This document shows, in pieces, positions 10,801 through 20,534 of a stretch of DNA of 64,000 bases. Every line of letters starts with the position of its first letter. Positions within the stretch are counted from its first letter, which is position 1. This DNA comes from a bacterium (GTDB taxonomy: Bacteria; Zhuqueibacterota; Zhuqueibacteria; Residuimicrobiales; Krinioviventaceae). The notes under the pieces were generated by a model. The model worked only from the letters and a program-made list of their open reading frames with translations. It made no database searches and was not told the DNA's origin. Where the stretch lies: positions 64,001 through 128,000 of the forward strand of contig CAXXFV010000004.1 of assembly GCA_963674595.2 (NCBI GenBank). Direction: 5' to 3'. The position numbers and the translations under genes are program-made.

Positions 10801-11122
10801 ACAACCGCTGTTCTTCTTTAGCATATTTGAGCACATAATGTGACAAGCCATTTATGGCAAAACAGGCTTTTGTTCTAACCAAAGTATCACCGGAAGATAA
10901 ATATCGGCATATTTCAAGCACACCTTCCGGGCCGTGATTCAATATCTCTTTATCTAAAAGATGTTGGGAAAGATTGTCCTGTGCCGGGTAAGCATTAAAC
11001 AATTCTTCCAATGCAAAGGAGATCGGCTTGTCAACAGTTGAATGACTCTTGGCGGTTGCAGCACAAGCCGTTAATCCCAAAACAGAAATGATGCAAACAG
11101 CAAATATTTTCTTAAAAAACAT
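7817..11122 (-). CDS. HEAT-repeat protein with two C-terminal DUF1080 (3-keto-glycoside lyase/hydratase-like) domains; possible lipoprotein
   Basis: Likely start MFFKK at 11122 with LGLTAC lipobox-like motif; long helical repeats; two LFNGKDL.GW ... GDSGIYLRG / GNSGVFIR ... ELQSH / GFQNH..IEYRNI domains. Confidence 0.88.
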   Translation of the reverse strand: MFFKKIFAVCIISVLGLTACAATAKSHSTVDKPISFALEELFNAYPAQDNLSQHLLDKEILNHGPEGVLEICRYLSSGDTLVRTKACFAINGLSHYVLKYAKEEQRLSFVNALLTALKQQNNVVNKVFLLEQLENCAQDEAVEPLSQFVTQEKLCAPTVRTMVAIGGEKSGRALLKAMDQKNEKNLVHLVQALGQLEYIPACTAVFKLTDHKNDLLKNAALHALANLGYAPVEAKLKAETANGGDVDDLMLLAEKSKNKTNGILICREILGDSGKYSDAARIQAFRTLADLDKKQAFYVLPGLVQENSKIRNAVLNIAEQQKLDVSFDVLKKQYVDGSSAVKIDIIRFWARQNQKQAMPLILEATALQYPNLCLEALKAISLIDQKQVIAPVFNVLKNENSKELKESASLILFTIPFKTYRETLYKEYPGLSDDCKITALELIGNVQDAGFFQIISQDVASDNKKLSSEVLKLYADFGSQKEFDLLYEKLANDQLKNSAANTFVSMYNRLKNKKENFAKLEKAFQESENKEIYFRIFKGIGDNKSLELVKGEIKSDKDQVVRTLANWPNDNALETLIDLAAKGKDKTHKILIFRGAVRLLRETPMGQPRAFEYCKQLMEIADRPEEKRLVLSELSNIESPQALEYLVQFFDDHDLDYDAVFAATKIAGISEDQQENLSPEQVVLSLVKANASKSLQTKLAEQPMLRDELNQPPDGFTALFNGKDLAGWKGLVENPIKRAAMTPDELAKAQKQADDFMRDHWSVVDGVICFDGHGHSLCTEKDYRNFEMLVDWKIEKFGDSGIYLRGAPQVQIWDTAQWPEGSGGLYNNKINPSKPLAVADNPIGDWNTFRIIMKDERVTVFLNDVLVVDNVIMENYWERDKPIYPVGQIELQSHHSPLYFRNIFIKELPDDEPAFSGPLFNGKDLTGWESVNNSQGWNVKDGILYTEGTGGGWISTTREYDNFKLDLEFRVPPDGNSGVFIRAPHKGDPAYTGMEIQVLDDYAEKYKNLKPYQYTGSIYAVQAPDKRVTKKAGEWQKMSITCNGPQVTVVVNGIQIIDTNIINYLDQEKEHPGLKRRKGFVGFQNHHTKIEYRNIYLKELR

Positions 11123-11150
11123 ATTATACCTTTCAATAAATTCAAATTCA

Positions 11151-12422
11151 CTAAATACGCCACGGCGCCCGCATGGGCTGATGGATATAACGGTTTGCTT
11201 CTTCGTCATTGATAAATTGCTGGGTCTCCGGATCAAAATATAATTTCCGGCCCAGCCGAACGGCAATTTTGCCCAAATTTATCAAGGTGCAGGACTTTTG
11301 TCCGTTTTGTTCATTCAGTGCAAACCGTTTCCGGTCCCTGACTGCCTGGTAAAAGTCGGTCACCTGCGGTTCAGGGTCCGGAAGCGCATCCAGCTTTCGG
11401 TCCAAATCAGGTATATCGGACTTGAATCCGAGATATAATTTCCCCTTGGGGCCTTCAATATAAGGCACATTTTTATCCTTTGCTTCACCGTCAAGAATAA
11501 TTTCACAACCGTCCGCATATTTCATATAAATCTTGCGCCACAGTCCGGCCGCATCAGGATGCGCCTGGGGCGCATCAGCTTCAACTTCAACCGGACTCGT
11601 ATGGTCTTTTCCCAAAAAATATTGAACAGGGTCAAGGTAATGCTGCCCCATGTCTCCTAATCCACCGCCGTCATAGTCCCAATAACCGCGAAAAGTACCA
11701 TGTACACGATGATGATGATAGGGTTTATAGGGTGCCGGTCCCAGCCAGAAATCATAATCCAGATTCTCCGGAATCCATTCCGGTACAAGGTTCTCTTTAC
11801 CGCTCCAATAAAATTTCCAGGAAAAACCGGTTGTTTTACTGATGGTAACTTTTAACGGCCACCCCAGCAAACCGCTTTCTACCAATTTTTTTACACGTTT
11901 TACCGGGAAACCCAAACCATAAAATGTACCCGTAAACCGAAACCAGGTATTAATACGAAAAATAGTGCCATATTTTTCCATTGCCTCGACAACTTTTTGT
12001 CCCTCGCCGATGGTCCGGGTCATGGGTTTTTCACACCACACATCTTTACCGGCCTGGGCCGCAGCAATGGACATCAACGCATGCCAATGGGGCGGCGTTG
12101 CTATATGCACAACATCAATATCTTTTCTTTCCAAAACCTCACGAAAATCCGTATATGCTTTTACCGAATTGTCATTGACTTTTTTCAAAGCCCGGTCCAA
12201 ATGTTTTGTATCCACATCACAAACGGCAAGCAGTCGGGCACCCGGATAGTCCAAATGGTTTCTTCCCATTCCGCCGACACCAATAACAGCCTTGGTAATC
12301 TGGTCGCTTGGCGCCATAAATCCCTGACCGCCGAGAACATGCCTCGGAACAATTGTAAAAGCCCCAAAAGCGGCAGCCGCACTTGTCAAAAAACAGCGTC
12401 TGTCAATTTTTTCAAATTTCAT
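11151..12422 (-). CDS. Tat-exported Gfo/Idh/MocA NAD-dependent oxidoreductase (glycoside 3-dehydrogenase-like)
   Basis: DRRCFL twin-arginine signal, VIGVGGMG, IATPPHWH, CEKPMT, DYDFWLGPAP, GGGLGDMGQHYLD. Confidence 0.9.
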   Translation of the reverse strand: MKFEKIDRRCFLTSAAAAFGAFTIVPRHVLGGQGFMAPSDQITKAVIGVGGMGRNHLDYPGARLLAVCDVDTKHLDRALKKVNDNSVKAYTDFREVLERKDIDVVHIATPPHWHALMSIAAAQAGKDVWCEKPMTRTIGEGQKVVEAMEKYGTIFRINTWFRFTGTFYGLGFPVKRVKKLVESGLLGWPLKVTISKTTGFSWKFYWSGKENLVPEWIPENLDYDFWLGPAPYKPYHHHRVHGTFRGYWDYDGGGLGDMGQHYLDPVQYFLGKDHTSPVEVEADAPQAHPDAAGLWRKIYMKYADGCEIILDGEAKDKNVPYIEGPKGKLYLGFKSDIPDLDRKLDALPDPEPQVTDFYQAVRDRKRFALNEQNGQKSCTLINLGKIAVRLGRKLYFDPETQQFINDEEANRYIHQPMRAPWRI

Positions 12423-12453
12423 AGATACTCCCTGTTTCGTAAATTTATCATCA

Positions 12454-13623
12454 TCAATCTATATTCATAATCCATTTTTCATTAAATACGGCGTGCCGGA
12501 TTGTTTTCACATCCACGCTATAGGTAGCATGAACAAGTCCGTCTTTTGTTTGAATGACGGATGGATAATCAAACCGTTCGTTCCCATCGTCATATTCCAG
12601 ATACCGTTTCCATTTCCAGGAGACACCTTCGTCATCCGACAAAGCAACGGCCAAACGATTACGGGGATCGTTTTCGCAGTCATTATAAATTAAAAGAATA
12701 TTTCCACTCTCAAGCCGCAATACTTCCAAACCCGAACCGGGATTGGGTAAGGATAAATTTTGTATCGGTGACCAGGTCAGTCCCATATCGTTCGAAACAC
12801 TGGTCCGGATGCGATGATCAGGTCCGGCATCCCGAAAATAGGCCACCAATTGTTTGTTTTTTCGTTCAAAAACACTGGGCTGTTCCACACCAAAGCCAAA
12901 TGGAGGTTCGGAAAAAATCCATGTTATTCCGTAATCCGGCGTCAAGGCCATCATGGCGATGCCAAATGTCTCAGATGCCATCGGCAGCAAAATATTTCCA
13001 TTGGACAGGGTGACGGGTCGTGCCCTTGTTGTCCAGCCAAGTTTTCGTACAAGCTGGTCTTTTAAATTAAACTCCAAATCCCTATATAAATCAGAATCTG
13101 TTTTCATATCTTCTTTTTGAGAATATTGCAGGTATAATTCCCGCATTGTTTCATCAAGTTTATTGGGAATGATTGCCAAATCATTTTCAACGTCCCATTT
13201 TATCTTTTCACCGGCAACCGGATTTGTACATATTTTATATCGCAAAAAAGCTGTGTCCCAGGCCTGTTCCGGACTTCCGAGGAGGGTGTAATAGATCAGC
13301 CATAACTGATTTTTGTCATCAAAAAACAGACAAGGATTATTGTCCGACAGCATGGGAGTATCGGCCATTAAAAAGGTCTGCGACCAGTTTTGCTGACCAG
13401 GCAATAACCAGGCTGCCTGAATATGCACATCCCGGCTTTTATCGGATTTGCCTTCATACCAGCAGGCTAAAAGGCTGTTATCTGAAAAAGCAATAATGGA
13501 TGAAGCATGGGTGTGTCCGTGCTTTTTTTCGTCCGGCGCAAAAATATCCTTTTTACTGAAAAGAGGGCCTGCATAACTCTCAATCCCGATTAACAGGATC
13601 AAAATCGTTATAATTTTGTTCAT
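12454..13623 (-). CDS. Secreted BNR/Asp-box (sialidase-fold) protein
   Basis: HTHASSI, Asp-boxes TPDYGITW, SNDMGLTW and SDDEGVSW, LPNPGSG, FDYPSVIQ. Confidence 0.85.
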   Translation of the reverse strand: MNKIITILILLIGIESYAGPLFSKKDIFAPDEKKHGHTHASSIIAFSDNSLLACWYEGKSDKSRDVHIQAAWLLPGQQNWSQTFLMADTPMLSDNNPCLFFDDKNQLWLIYYTLLGSPEQAWDTAFLRYKICTNPVAGEKIKWDVENDLAIIPNKLDETMRELYLQYSQKEDMKTDSDLYRDLEFNLKDQLVRKLGWTTRARPVTLSNGNILLPMASETFGIAMMALTPDYGITWIFSEPPFGFGVEQPSVFERKNKQLVAYFRDAGPDHRIRTSVSNDMGLTWSPIQNLSLPNPGSGLEVLRLESGNILLIYNDCENDPRNRLAVALSDDEGVSWKWKRYLEYDDGNERFDYPSVIQTKDGLVHATYSVDVKTIRHAVFNEKWIMNID

Positions 13624-13638
13624 CCTGAAAACCTCATA

Positions 13639-16053
13639 TTAATTCCATGGTACATCAAGACCGATAACTTTTGGTTCCTGCCGAATATAGTACAGATCAA
13701 ATTCCCACCAACTGTAACCATGACAGGGAAAATCAGAAAGAAAAACAGTCGCTTTATAGCCATTTTTTGACGAGGGTTGTGTTAAAATAAACGGTTTATA
13801 TGAACGGGACATTTTATCTACGATTATAACGGAAACCGGTTCATCCGGCAAAGGATTAAAAAACTCAAAGGACATATCTGCAATATGATCATAACGCAGG
13901 TGTTCCACTTTTAATTTGTCTTTGGAAATATGCAGCATATCCTGTCCGTCAACCCTGCCCCGCCAATGAAGCAGGTGGACCATTTCATTTTTTCGGTTTT
14001 GAAATAATTGTGCGTGTTTTTGCTGCTGATCAAGGATGATCTGTTTTATTTCATCTTCATCCGGCGCGTTCGCCAGCATTTGTTCTGCTTTATTAATATC
14101 TTCAACAGCCTGATCAACATTATTCAACAACTGGTTCATGCCGTCCAGCCGGTAAACACATCCGGGTGTATTTGAAAAATCACGCATGGAATTCATGAGC
14201 ACACTTGATGTTTTCAGCAAATGAATTCTATGGTCCAACGAAGGATCGTTTCTATAATCAAAATAAGCAAAAAAAGTTTTAATATAAAAAATATTTGTTT
14301 GAATGAGCATTTTTGTCAAATCAATTGACTGCTCCAACTCTATCGATTTTTCATTCTTTTGTAAAAGCGGCTTTATATTCTGAAACCGTTTTTGCATATC
14401 CCCGGCAATTTCCAGCCCATGGTCCAAATACATCAGTGTTTCCTGCTGCCAGGGCAGACAGCGAAGGTAGAGCCTATATAAAAACCCGATATGTTTTTTA
14501 CCGTTATCCAACCAGGGAAATCCTTTTGCCGGAAAAGTAGTCAGACGTAAATGCGGCAGAGAACTGAAATCCCCATACGCAGCGGGTTCGATATAAATTC
14601 CATATTTATAAGCATTCGGCGACAACTGATATAATTCGGCAATTTGATCGGCAGCCTCAGCGCCAAAGTGGATGGATGCAAAATCGCTTGCAATCTCTTT
14701 AATATCCGCATCATGTTCCCAGGACAGACGCCAGACAGTATAAGCCGTGACACCCCGCGTATTCCAGTCCGATGGGTCGGCCATGCCAAAATCGACACCT
14801 TTCAGCACATGGCTTTGCGGCATCATGATGCTTTTCAGACCGCATTGAAAATACAACCCGGGAAAACTGGAAAGGTATTCACGCCAGCCCGACTGTGATA
14901 GTCGAGAGTGGACAATAAAACGATCATATTATGCGGTGTTTGATTAAAAGTGGGATTATAAGGCTGGTGGAAAAATCGATCTGTGGTGCTGAGGTAGGGT
15001 GACAGATAAAGATTTTTAACAGGGATCTCATCCGTAAAAATATTTTTATAAACCTCGGCAACAGAGTGCTGTTCGTGATGGCTTGTGACCCAGGTTCGCT
15101 GAAAATAAATTTTATCAAACTCCCCAACCACCACATCATACATTTTTTTTACAAAAGTTCGATAACGTTTTTCCAGCCCCCAGTTGCAGTTTTCACCTTC
15201 ATGCATTACATCATAAGGTTTAAAAGCGCCGCCGATCCGGGTGGATTCACCGGTCCGCAAACGAATACCATCGATTTCCGGAAGGGCCTGAAAAAGTCGC
15301 CGGTATTTTGCCTGGACAGCGTCCCAAAAGGCAGGGTCTGCTGGTGAGAGCGTTGCATTAAATTCTTTAAAAAGAGAGGGGTGATAGGAAAACTCGTCTT
15401 CAAACACAAAAAATTTCAAATGCAGGCTGTGGGCATAATCGGCCAGTTCTTTGACTTTTAAACGGTTCTGCTCATTTTGTGTTGCCAATTCATCATCATT
15501 CCAGGGGACCAAATGATTAACAGAAGGACCGCCATAGACCCATGTTGCTCCATACCTCAGGGCCTGCCGGATTTCCTCTTTACTGTTTCCGCTAACAAAG
15601 CGAATATCCAGGTCTGGTATACGGACACTATTTATTTGAGGGATTGTTTTTGCAATTCGCAACCGGTCCCACACCCAATAAATGCCGTTGACGTTACCGA
15701 CAACTGTGGCGCCACAAATTAAAATGATTTTATCATCATTGTCCTTTAATGATATTATTTCAAATCCCTGAGGATTTGAAATGTCATTCAGAGCTAAATC
15801 ATATTTCTCAGCAAGAATTTTTACATGATCATCCCGGTCCGGGTGACCAATATAAATCCGGTTCCCCCTTTTTTACTTTATCCTTAATTTTGCATATAAT
15901 TTCATATTGTGAAGCACAATCGATTAAATCATTCAAGGCGATTTTAACAGCCTCGTCATCAATTGTTTTCCCTGGTAACAGGCTCCAATCCTCCGCACCA
16001 ACACATATTGAAGCAAAATAAAATAATATTAAAAAACAAACTGTTTTAAACAT
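13639..16053 (-). CDS. Large secreted GH67/GH115-like hypothetical protein, split by two frameshifts (~15870 and ~14860)
   Basis: Signal-peptide ORF 15829..16053 continues after the A6G5 run as KGNRIYIGH...NPQGFEII...GNVNGIYWVWDRL into ORF 14835..15674 (LPEIDGIRLRTGES), then via TTTTCCCGGG into ORF 13639..14856. The family call is tentative. Confidence 0.6.
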
Positions 16054-16302
16054 AACAAATTCCCTCGGTTCCTCAGCTATTCTGTTATATGTTTAAAATA
16101 ATATTGCAGCCAACAGACGTCCATTATTTTATTGAGTGTATAATGCAAAAGATGATTATTTTTTACGTTATAAATAATTACCATACAATGAAATAAAAAT
16201 CCCCTTAACACAAAAAATACTCTTCAAATAATTATATGATTTCAGAACAAGAGAATCAAGAAGTTTTTGCCGATCTACAATATTTTACATATGAAATTGC
16301 TC

Positions 16303-16331
16303 TTGCATTTTCTCTGGTTAAACACTATATT
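16303..16331 (+). promoter_or_regulatory. Putative sigma70 promoter for the DGGGPS-dtd-maf-rodZ-mpl operon
   Basis: TTGCAT-N17-TATATT. Confidence 0.5.
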
Positions 16332-16374
16332 AATCAGTAAATTGAAACAATTGTTCAGTCTAAGGAGACACCCC

Positions 16375-17223
16375 ATCCCCCGAATCAGCAAAAAATACCG
16401 GGGTTTTTTCATATTAGCACGTCCGGTAAATGTTTTTATTTCTTTTATTTCAATATTACTGGCCGCGTTTATCAGCGGCGGTCTGTCACACTATGTTGCT
16501 GTTTTAAGCGCCTGCCTGTCGGGTGCATTCATTACGGCAGCAGCCAATGCGATAAATGATTATTTTGATATAGAAATAGATAAAATAAACAAACCAAATC
16601 GGCCACTTCCTTCCGGTGCTGTCCAGCCGAAAGAAGCTGTTTATTTTACTATCATCTGTGCGATAATTGGTATATCGTTCAGCATGTTTATTAATTATAC
16701 CGCTCTGATAATTGCAACCGGATCAGCCGTTCTGTTATATTTTTACAGCTACAAGCTTAAAAGGACGGTTTTGTGGGGCAACCTGACCGTCAGCCTTGCA
16801 ACCGGTCTGGCGTTTATTTATGGCGGCATTGCCTCCGCAAGTCCCAAACACGCCATCATTCCGGCCATGTTTGCCTTTTTAATGCATTTGGGACGGGAAA
16901 TTATTAAAGACATGGAAGATGTGAACGGAGATCAATTAAACAAAGCACGGACCATGCCGGTTGTTTTTGGCTTGAAAAAATCAAAAATTACAGCAACATG
17001 CGTTTTTACGGTTTTATTTTTTGTCACATTTATACCATATATTTTTAATATCTATAAAATATGGTATTTTGTTGTTGTTATGGCCGGAGTAAACACGGTG
17101 ATCATCTTTACTGTTTTCTCAATGTGGAAAACATCAACCATGCACAATTTTCGCAAACTCTCCGCTTTTTTAAAAGCAGATATGCTGGTCGGTTTGCTGG
17201 CTATATATATGGGGCGTATTTAA
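16375..17223 (+). CDS. UbiA prenyltransferase, digeranylgeranylglyceryl-phosphate synthase (DGGGPS)-like; start uncertain (16267-16375)
   Basis: LARPVN, ANAINDYFDIEIDKINKPNRPLPSG, YSYKLKRTVLWGNLTVS, REIIKDMEDVNGD, multiple TM helices. Confidence 0.85.
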   Translation: MPRISKKYRGFFILARPVNVFISFISILLAAFISGGLSHYVAVLSACLSGAFITAAANAINDYFDIEIDKINKPNRPLPSGAVQPKEAVYFTIICAIIGISFSMFINYTALIIATGSAVLLYFYSYKLKRTVLWGNLTVSLATGLAFIYGGIASASPKHAIIPAMFAFLMHLGREIIKDMEDVNGDQLNKARTMPVVFGLKKSKITATCVFTVLFFVTFIPYIFNIYKIWYFVVVMAGVNTVIIFTVFSMWKTSTMHNFRKLSAFLKADMLVGLLAIYMGRI

Positions 17224-17245
17224 AAAAAGGAGTTATCAACATTAC

Positions 17246-17704
17246 ATGAGAGCACTCATTCAGCGCGTAACAAAAGCATCTGTCGAAAGCGATAATGTTT
17301 TACTGGAAAAAATAGACAAGGGGCTGGTTGTTTTATTGGGTGTCACTCAAACAGATACCGAACAGGACGCCGAATATCTGGCCCGCAAAATCGTTAATAT
17401 GCGAATTTTTCAGGATGAAAATGAAAAATTCAATCTTTCAGCTTTGGACACAGGCGCTGAAATTTTAGCCGTTTCCCAGTTTACTCTTTATGCAGACTGT
17501 CGGCGCGGCAGACGGCCGGGATTTTCCAATGCCGCCCCGCCGGATATTTCTAAACCCTTATATGAAAAATTTGTCCAATATTTACAGGCATACAACCTGA
17601 AAATTGCAGAAGGAGAATTTGGCGCCAAAATGCTGGTAACCATCAATAACGACGGACCGGTTACGATATTTCTGGACAGTAACGAAAAAGGAAATAATGA
17701 CTAA
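17246..17704 (+). CDS. dtd: D-aminoacyl-tRNA deacylase
   Basis: MRALIQRV, VSQFTLYAD..GRRP, FGAKM.V...NDGPVT. Confidence 0.96.
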   Translation: MRALIQRVTKASVESDNVLLEKIDKGLVVLLGVTQTDTEQDAEYLARKIVNMRIFQDENEKFNLSALDTGAEILAVSQFTLYADCRRGRRPGFSNAAPPDISKPLYEKFVQYLQAYNLKIAEGEFGAKMLVTINNDGPVTIFLDSNEKGNND

Positions 17705-18305
17705 TTACTTGCAAAATTTTTATAATAATAAAATAATACTGGCCTCGCAATCACCTCGCCGGGCGTCGCTGTTATCGTTGATCGGTTTTGATTTTGTTGT
17801 TCAGCCAAGCGGTTTCGACGAATCCTTAATCACAGTGACCGATCCCGTGCAGCATGTATTACAACTTTCGGAAGCAAAGGCCAGATTTGTTGCCGATAAC
17901 ACAGACAAAGGTCTCGTCATTGGTGCAGATACGATTGTTGTGCTGGATAATACTATATTGGGAAAACCCGAAAACACCCGTGAAGCCGTATCCATGTTAA
18001 AACAGCTAAGTAATCGGACGCATCACGTATATACCGGCTTTTGTTTGATAGAAAAACCGGAAAATCGTTCTTTTACGGATTATGAAGTAACGGCTGTCCA
18101 TTTTCGCAAACTGGCTGATTGGGAAATTGAAGGATATGTCGGTACCCAAAATCCAATGGATAAGGCCGGTGCCTATGGTATTCAGGACCAAAGCGCTGTT
18201 TTTGCCGACCGTATTGAAGGATGTTTTTACAATGTTGTCGGTTTTCCATTAACAAAATTTTACACTACAATGATTAATTTTTTTAACAAGAATAAAAACA
18301 TATAA
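17697..18305 (+). CDS. maf: Maf nucleotide pyrophosphatase
   Basis: IILASQSPRR, IGADTIV, ILGKP, DKAGAYGIQ, YNVVGFP. Confidence 0.95.
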   Translation: MTNYLQNFYNNKIILASQSPRRASLLSLIGFDFVVQPSGFDESLITVTDPVQHVLQLSEAKARFVADNTDKGLVIGADTIVVLDNTILGKPENTREAVSMLKQLSNRTHHVYTGFCLIEKPENRSFTDYEVTAVHFRKLADWEIEGYVGTQNPMDKAGAYGIQDQSAVFADRIEGCFYNVVGFPLTKFYTTMINFFNKNKNI

Positions 18306-18306
18306 T

Positions 18307-19077
18307 ATGACAAACGAAAATCCATACATTCAAATCGGTCAAAAATTATCCACACAACGGAGCGACAAAAAGATCACCGTCAGTGAACTGGCCCAAAAAT
18401 TAAAAATATCTGCTGATTATATTAAAAAAATTGAGCAGGGCGAATTTGATTTTTTACCGGATGTATATATCCGGGCTTTTTTAAAAACTTATGCCGAGCA
18501 TGTCGGTTTGAATCCGGACAGTATTATAAACGAATATAATGCGTTAAAAAAACCACCCCTGCCGGATGAAACAGAACCCAACAAATCCGATGTCAAAATT
18601 ATAAAACCAAAATCTGAATATTCAGTTAAACAGAACAGACCCAAATGGCTCTTTTATGCTTTGGGAACACTTTTAGCGGTAATTCTAATTTTTTCATTGA
18701 TGAATAAAAAGGACTCGGTACCGCAGCCACCTGTTAATATAACAATTGAAAAAGACAGCACACAGGTTGTTGATACTCCCGAAACACCGGAGAGACAACC
18801 AGAAAAAAATCCTGAACTTGTTTTGGAAATACTGGCAACAGATACGACCTGGCTGCAAATTACACATTATGACTCATTAGTTGACGAAGCTATTTTTTAT
18901 CCGGGAGATTATAAACGCTGGAAAAGTGACACACCCTTTACCTTGAAAATCGGTAACGCGGGAGGGGCAGAAATGACATTAAACGGCACAAAGCTGGGCA
19001 GTCCGGGTAAAAAGGGACAAATTAAAAAAGTAAAAATTTCAGAAAACGGTTTTACCGCAATAACAGCAAAAAATTAA
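18307..19077 (+). CDS. rodZ: RodZ-family HTH-TM-DUF4115 protein
   Basis: N-terminal HTH (YIKKIEQGEF..LPDVYIRAFLKTYAEHVGL), single TM, C-terminal LKIGNAGG..TLNG. Confidence 0.85.
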   Translation: MTNENPYIQIGQKLSTQRSDKKITVSELAQKLKISADYIKKIEQGEFDFLPDVYIRAFLKTYAEHVGLNPDSIINEYNALKKPPLPDETEPNKSDVKIIKPKSEYSVKQNRPKWLFYALGTLLAVILIFSLMNKKDSVPQPPVNITIEKDSTQVVDTPETPERQPEKNPELVLEILATDTTWLQITHYDSLVDEAIFYPGDYKRWKSDTPFTLKIGNAGGAEMTLNGTKLGSPGKKGQIKKVKISENGFTAITAKN

Positions 19078-19090
19078 ATTTGAGAACTCT

Positions 19091-20494
19091 ATGTATATAA
19101 AAGACGTAAAAAATATTTATTTCCTGGCTATTTGCGGAACAGCAATGGCCTCGCTGGCAGCCATGATGAAACAAAAAGGTTATAACGTTTACGGATCCGA
19201 TAGCGGGATTTATCCGCCCATGAGCACCTTTCTTGAAGAACAGGGCATCAAAATCATTCAGGGATTCGATGTAAAAAACCTGTCACCCAAACCCGACCTG
19301 GTGGTTGTCGGCAATGCAATTTCCAGAGGCAATGTGGAAATTGAAAAGATACTGAACGATCACATTCCTTATATTTCACTGCCCGACGCCATACGAGAGT
19401 TTTTCATCAGAGGAAAACGTTCCATCGTCGTCACCGGTACACACGGTAAAACAACAACAACTTCTCTGTTGTCCTGTATTTTTCATTATGCGGACAAAAA
19501 GCCGGGATTTTTAATCGGCGGTATTCCGAACAATTTTTCACGCGGATTTCAGCTTGGCGACGGAAATGACTTTATCATTGAGGGCGATGAATACGATTCT
19601 GCCTTTTTTGACAAAGCCTCAAAATTTTTACGATACATGCCCGACATTGCTGTAATAAACGGAATTGAATTTGATCATGCGGATATATATGACTCGTTGG
19701 ACCAGATAAAACTTTCTTTTCAACGCATGATTAATCTCATCCCGCAAAACGGATGTTTAATTGTAAACAGTGAAAATGAAACCGCTGTGGAATTAAGTAA
19801 AAAAGCTTTTTGTTCCGTACAAACCTTTGGAATTTTGGCGAAAGCAGAGTGGATGGCCGCAGATATTCAATTCATAGAAAACGGAGTCACATTTTCAGTC
19901 ATCCATAATGATAAAGAGCTCGATACAGTTGAATTTACTCTTCGGGGAAACCATAATATCCGCAATGCCCTGGCAGCCATTGCTGTTTCACGTACTTGTG
20001 GAATAGATTGGCAAACCATTCGTGATGCTCTGAAACATTTTAAAGGTGTTAAACGTAGACTGGAACTAAAGGCAGAAAAAAACAATATAAAAATATATGA
20101 CGATTTTGGACACCATCCAACAGCTATTCAGGAAACCCTGTCGGCATTACGAAACCAGTACAAAGACAATACTATTTGGGCCCTATTCGAACCGAGGACA
20201 GCAACCACCAGACGAAATATTTTTCAAAATGAGCTTGTTCCAGCATTTAAAGATGCTGATAAAATTCTGGTGCCCCCGGTGGACCGGCCGGAAAAAGTCC
20301 CTGCCGGACAATTGTTTTCCTGTGAACAATTTGTCAAAGCTTTGAAAGAACAACAAAAATTTGCTCAATTGTTTAGCAGTGTGGATGAAATAGTGAATTT
20401 CTTAAAAACTAGTTTGCAAAAGGGAGATATTGTTGTTACATTTAGTAATGGACCCTTTGGGAACATTCATCAAAAATTGATCGATTTATTATAA
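19091..20494 (+). CDS. mpl: Murein peptide ligase Mpl
   Basis: ICGTAMASLA, YPPMST, GTHGKTTT, EGDEYDSAFFDK, IEFDHADIY, DDFGHHPTAI, FEPR. Confidence 0.92.
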   Translation: MYIKDVKNIYFLAICGTAMASLAAMMKQKGYNVYGSDSGIYPPMSTFLEEQGIKIIQGFDVKNLSPKPDLVVVGNAISRGNVEIEKILNDHIPYISLPDAIREFFIRGKRSIVVTGTHGKTTTTSLLSCIFHYADKKPGFLIGGIPNNFSRGFQLGDGNDFIIEGDEYDSAFFDKASKFLRYMPDIAVINGIEFDHADIYDSLDQIKLSFQRMINLIPQNGCLIVNSENETAVELSKKAFCSVQTFGILAKAEWMAADIQFIENGVTFSVIHNDKELDTVEFTLRGNHNIRNALAAIAVSRTCGIDWQTIRDALKHFKGVKRRLELKAEKNNIKIYDDFGHHPTAIQETLSALRNQYKDNTIWALFEPRTATTRRNIFQNELVPAFKDADKILVPPVDRPEKVPAGQLFSCEQFVKALKEQQKFAQLFSSVDEIVNFLKTSLQKGDIVVTFSNGPFGNIHQKLIDLL

Positions 20495-20534
20495 TTATAT
20501 ATAAAAATGCAGTTAGGACGGGGGTTAAATATAA

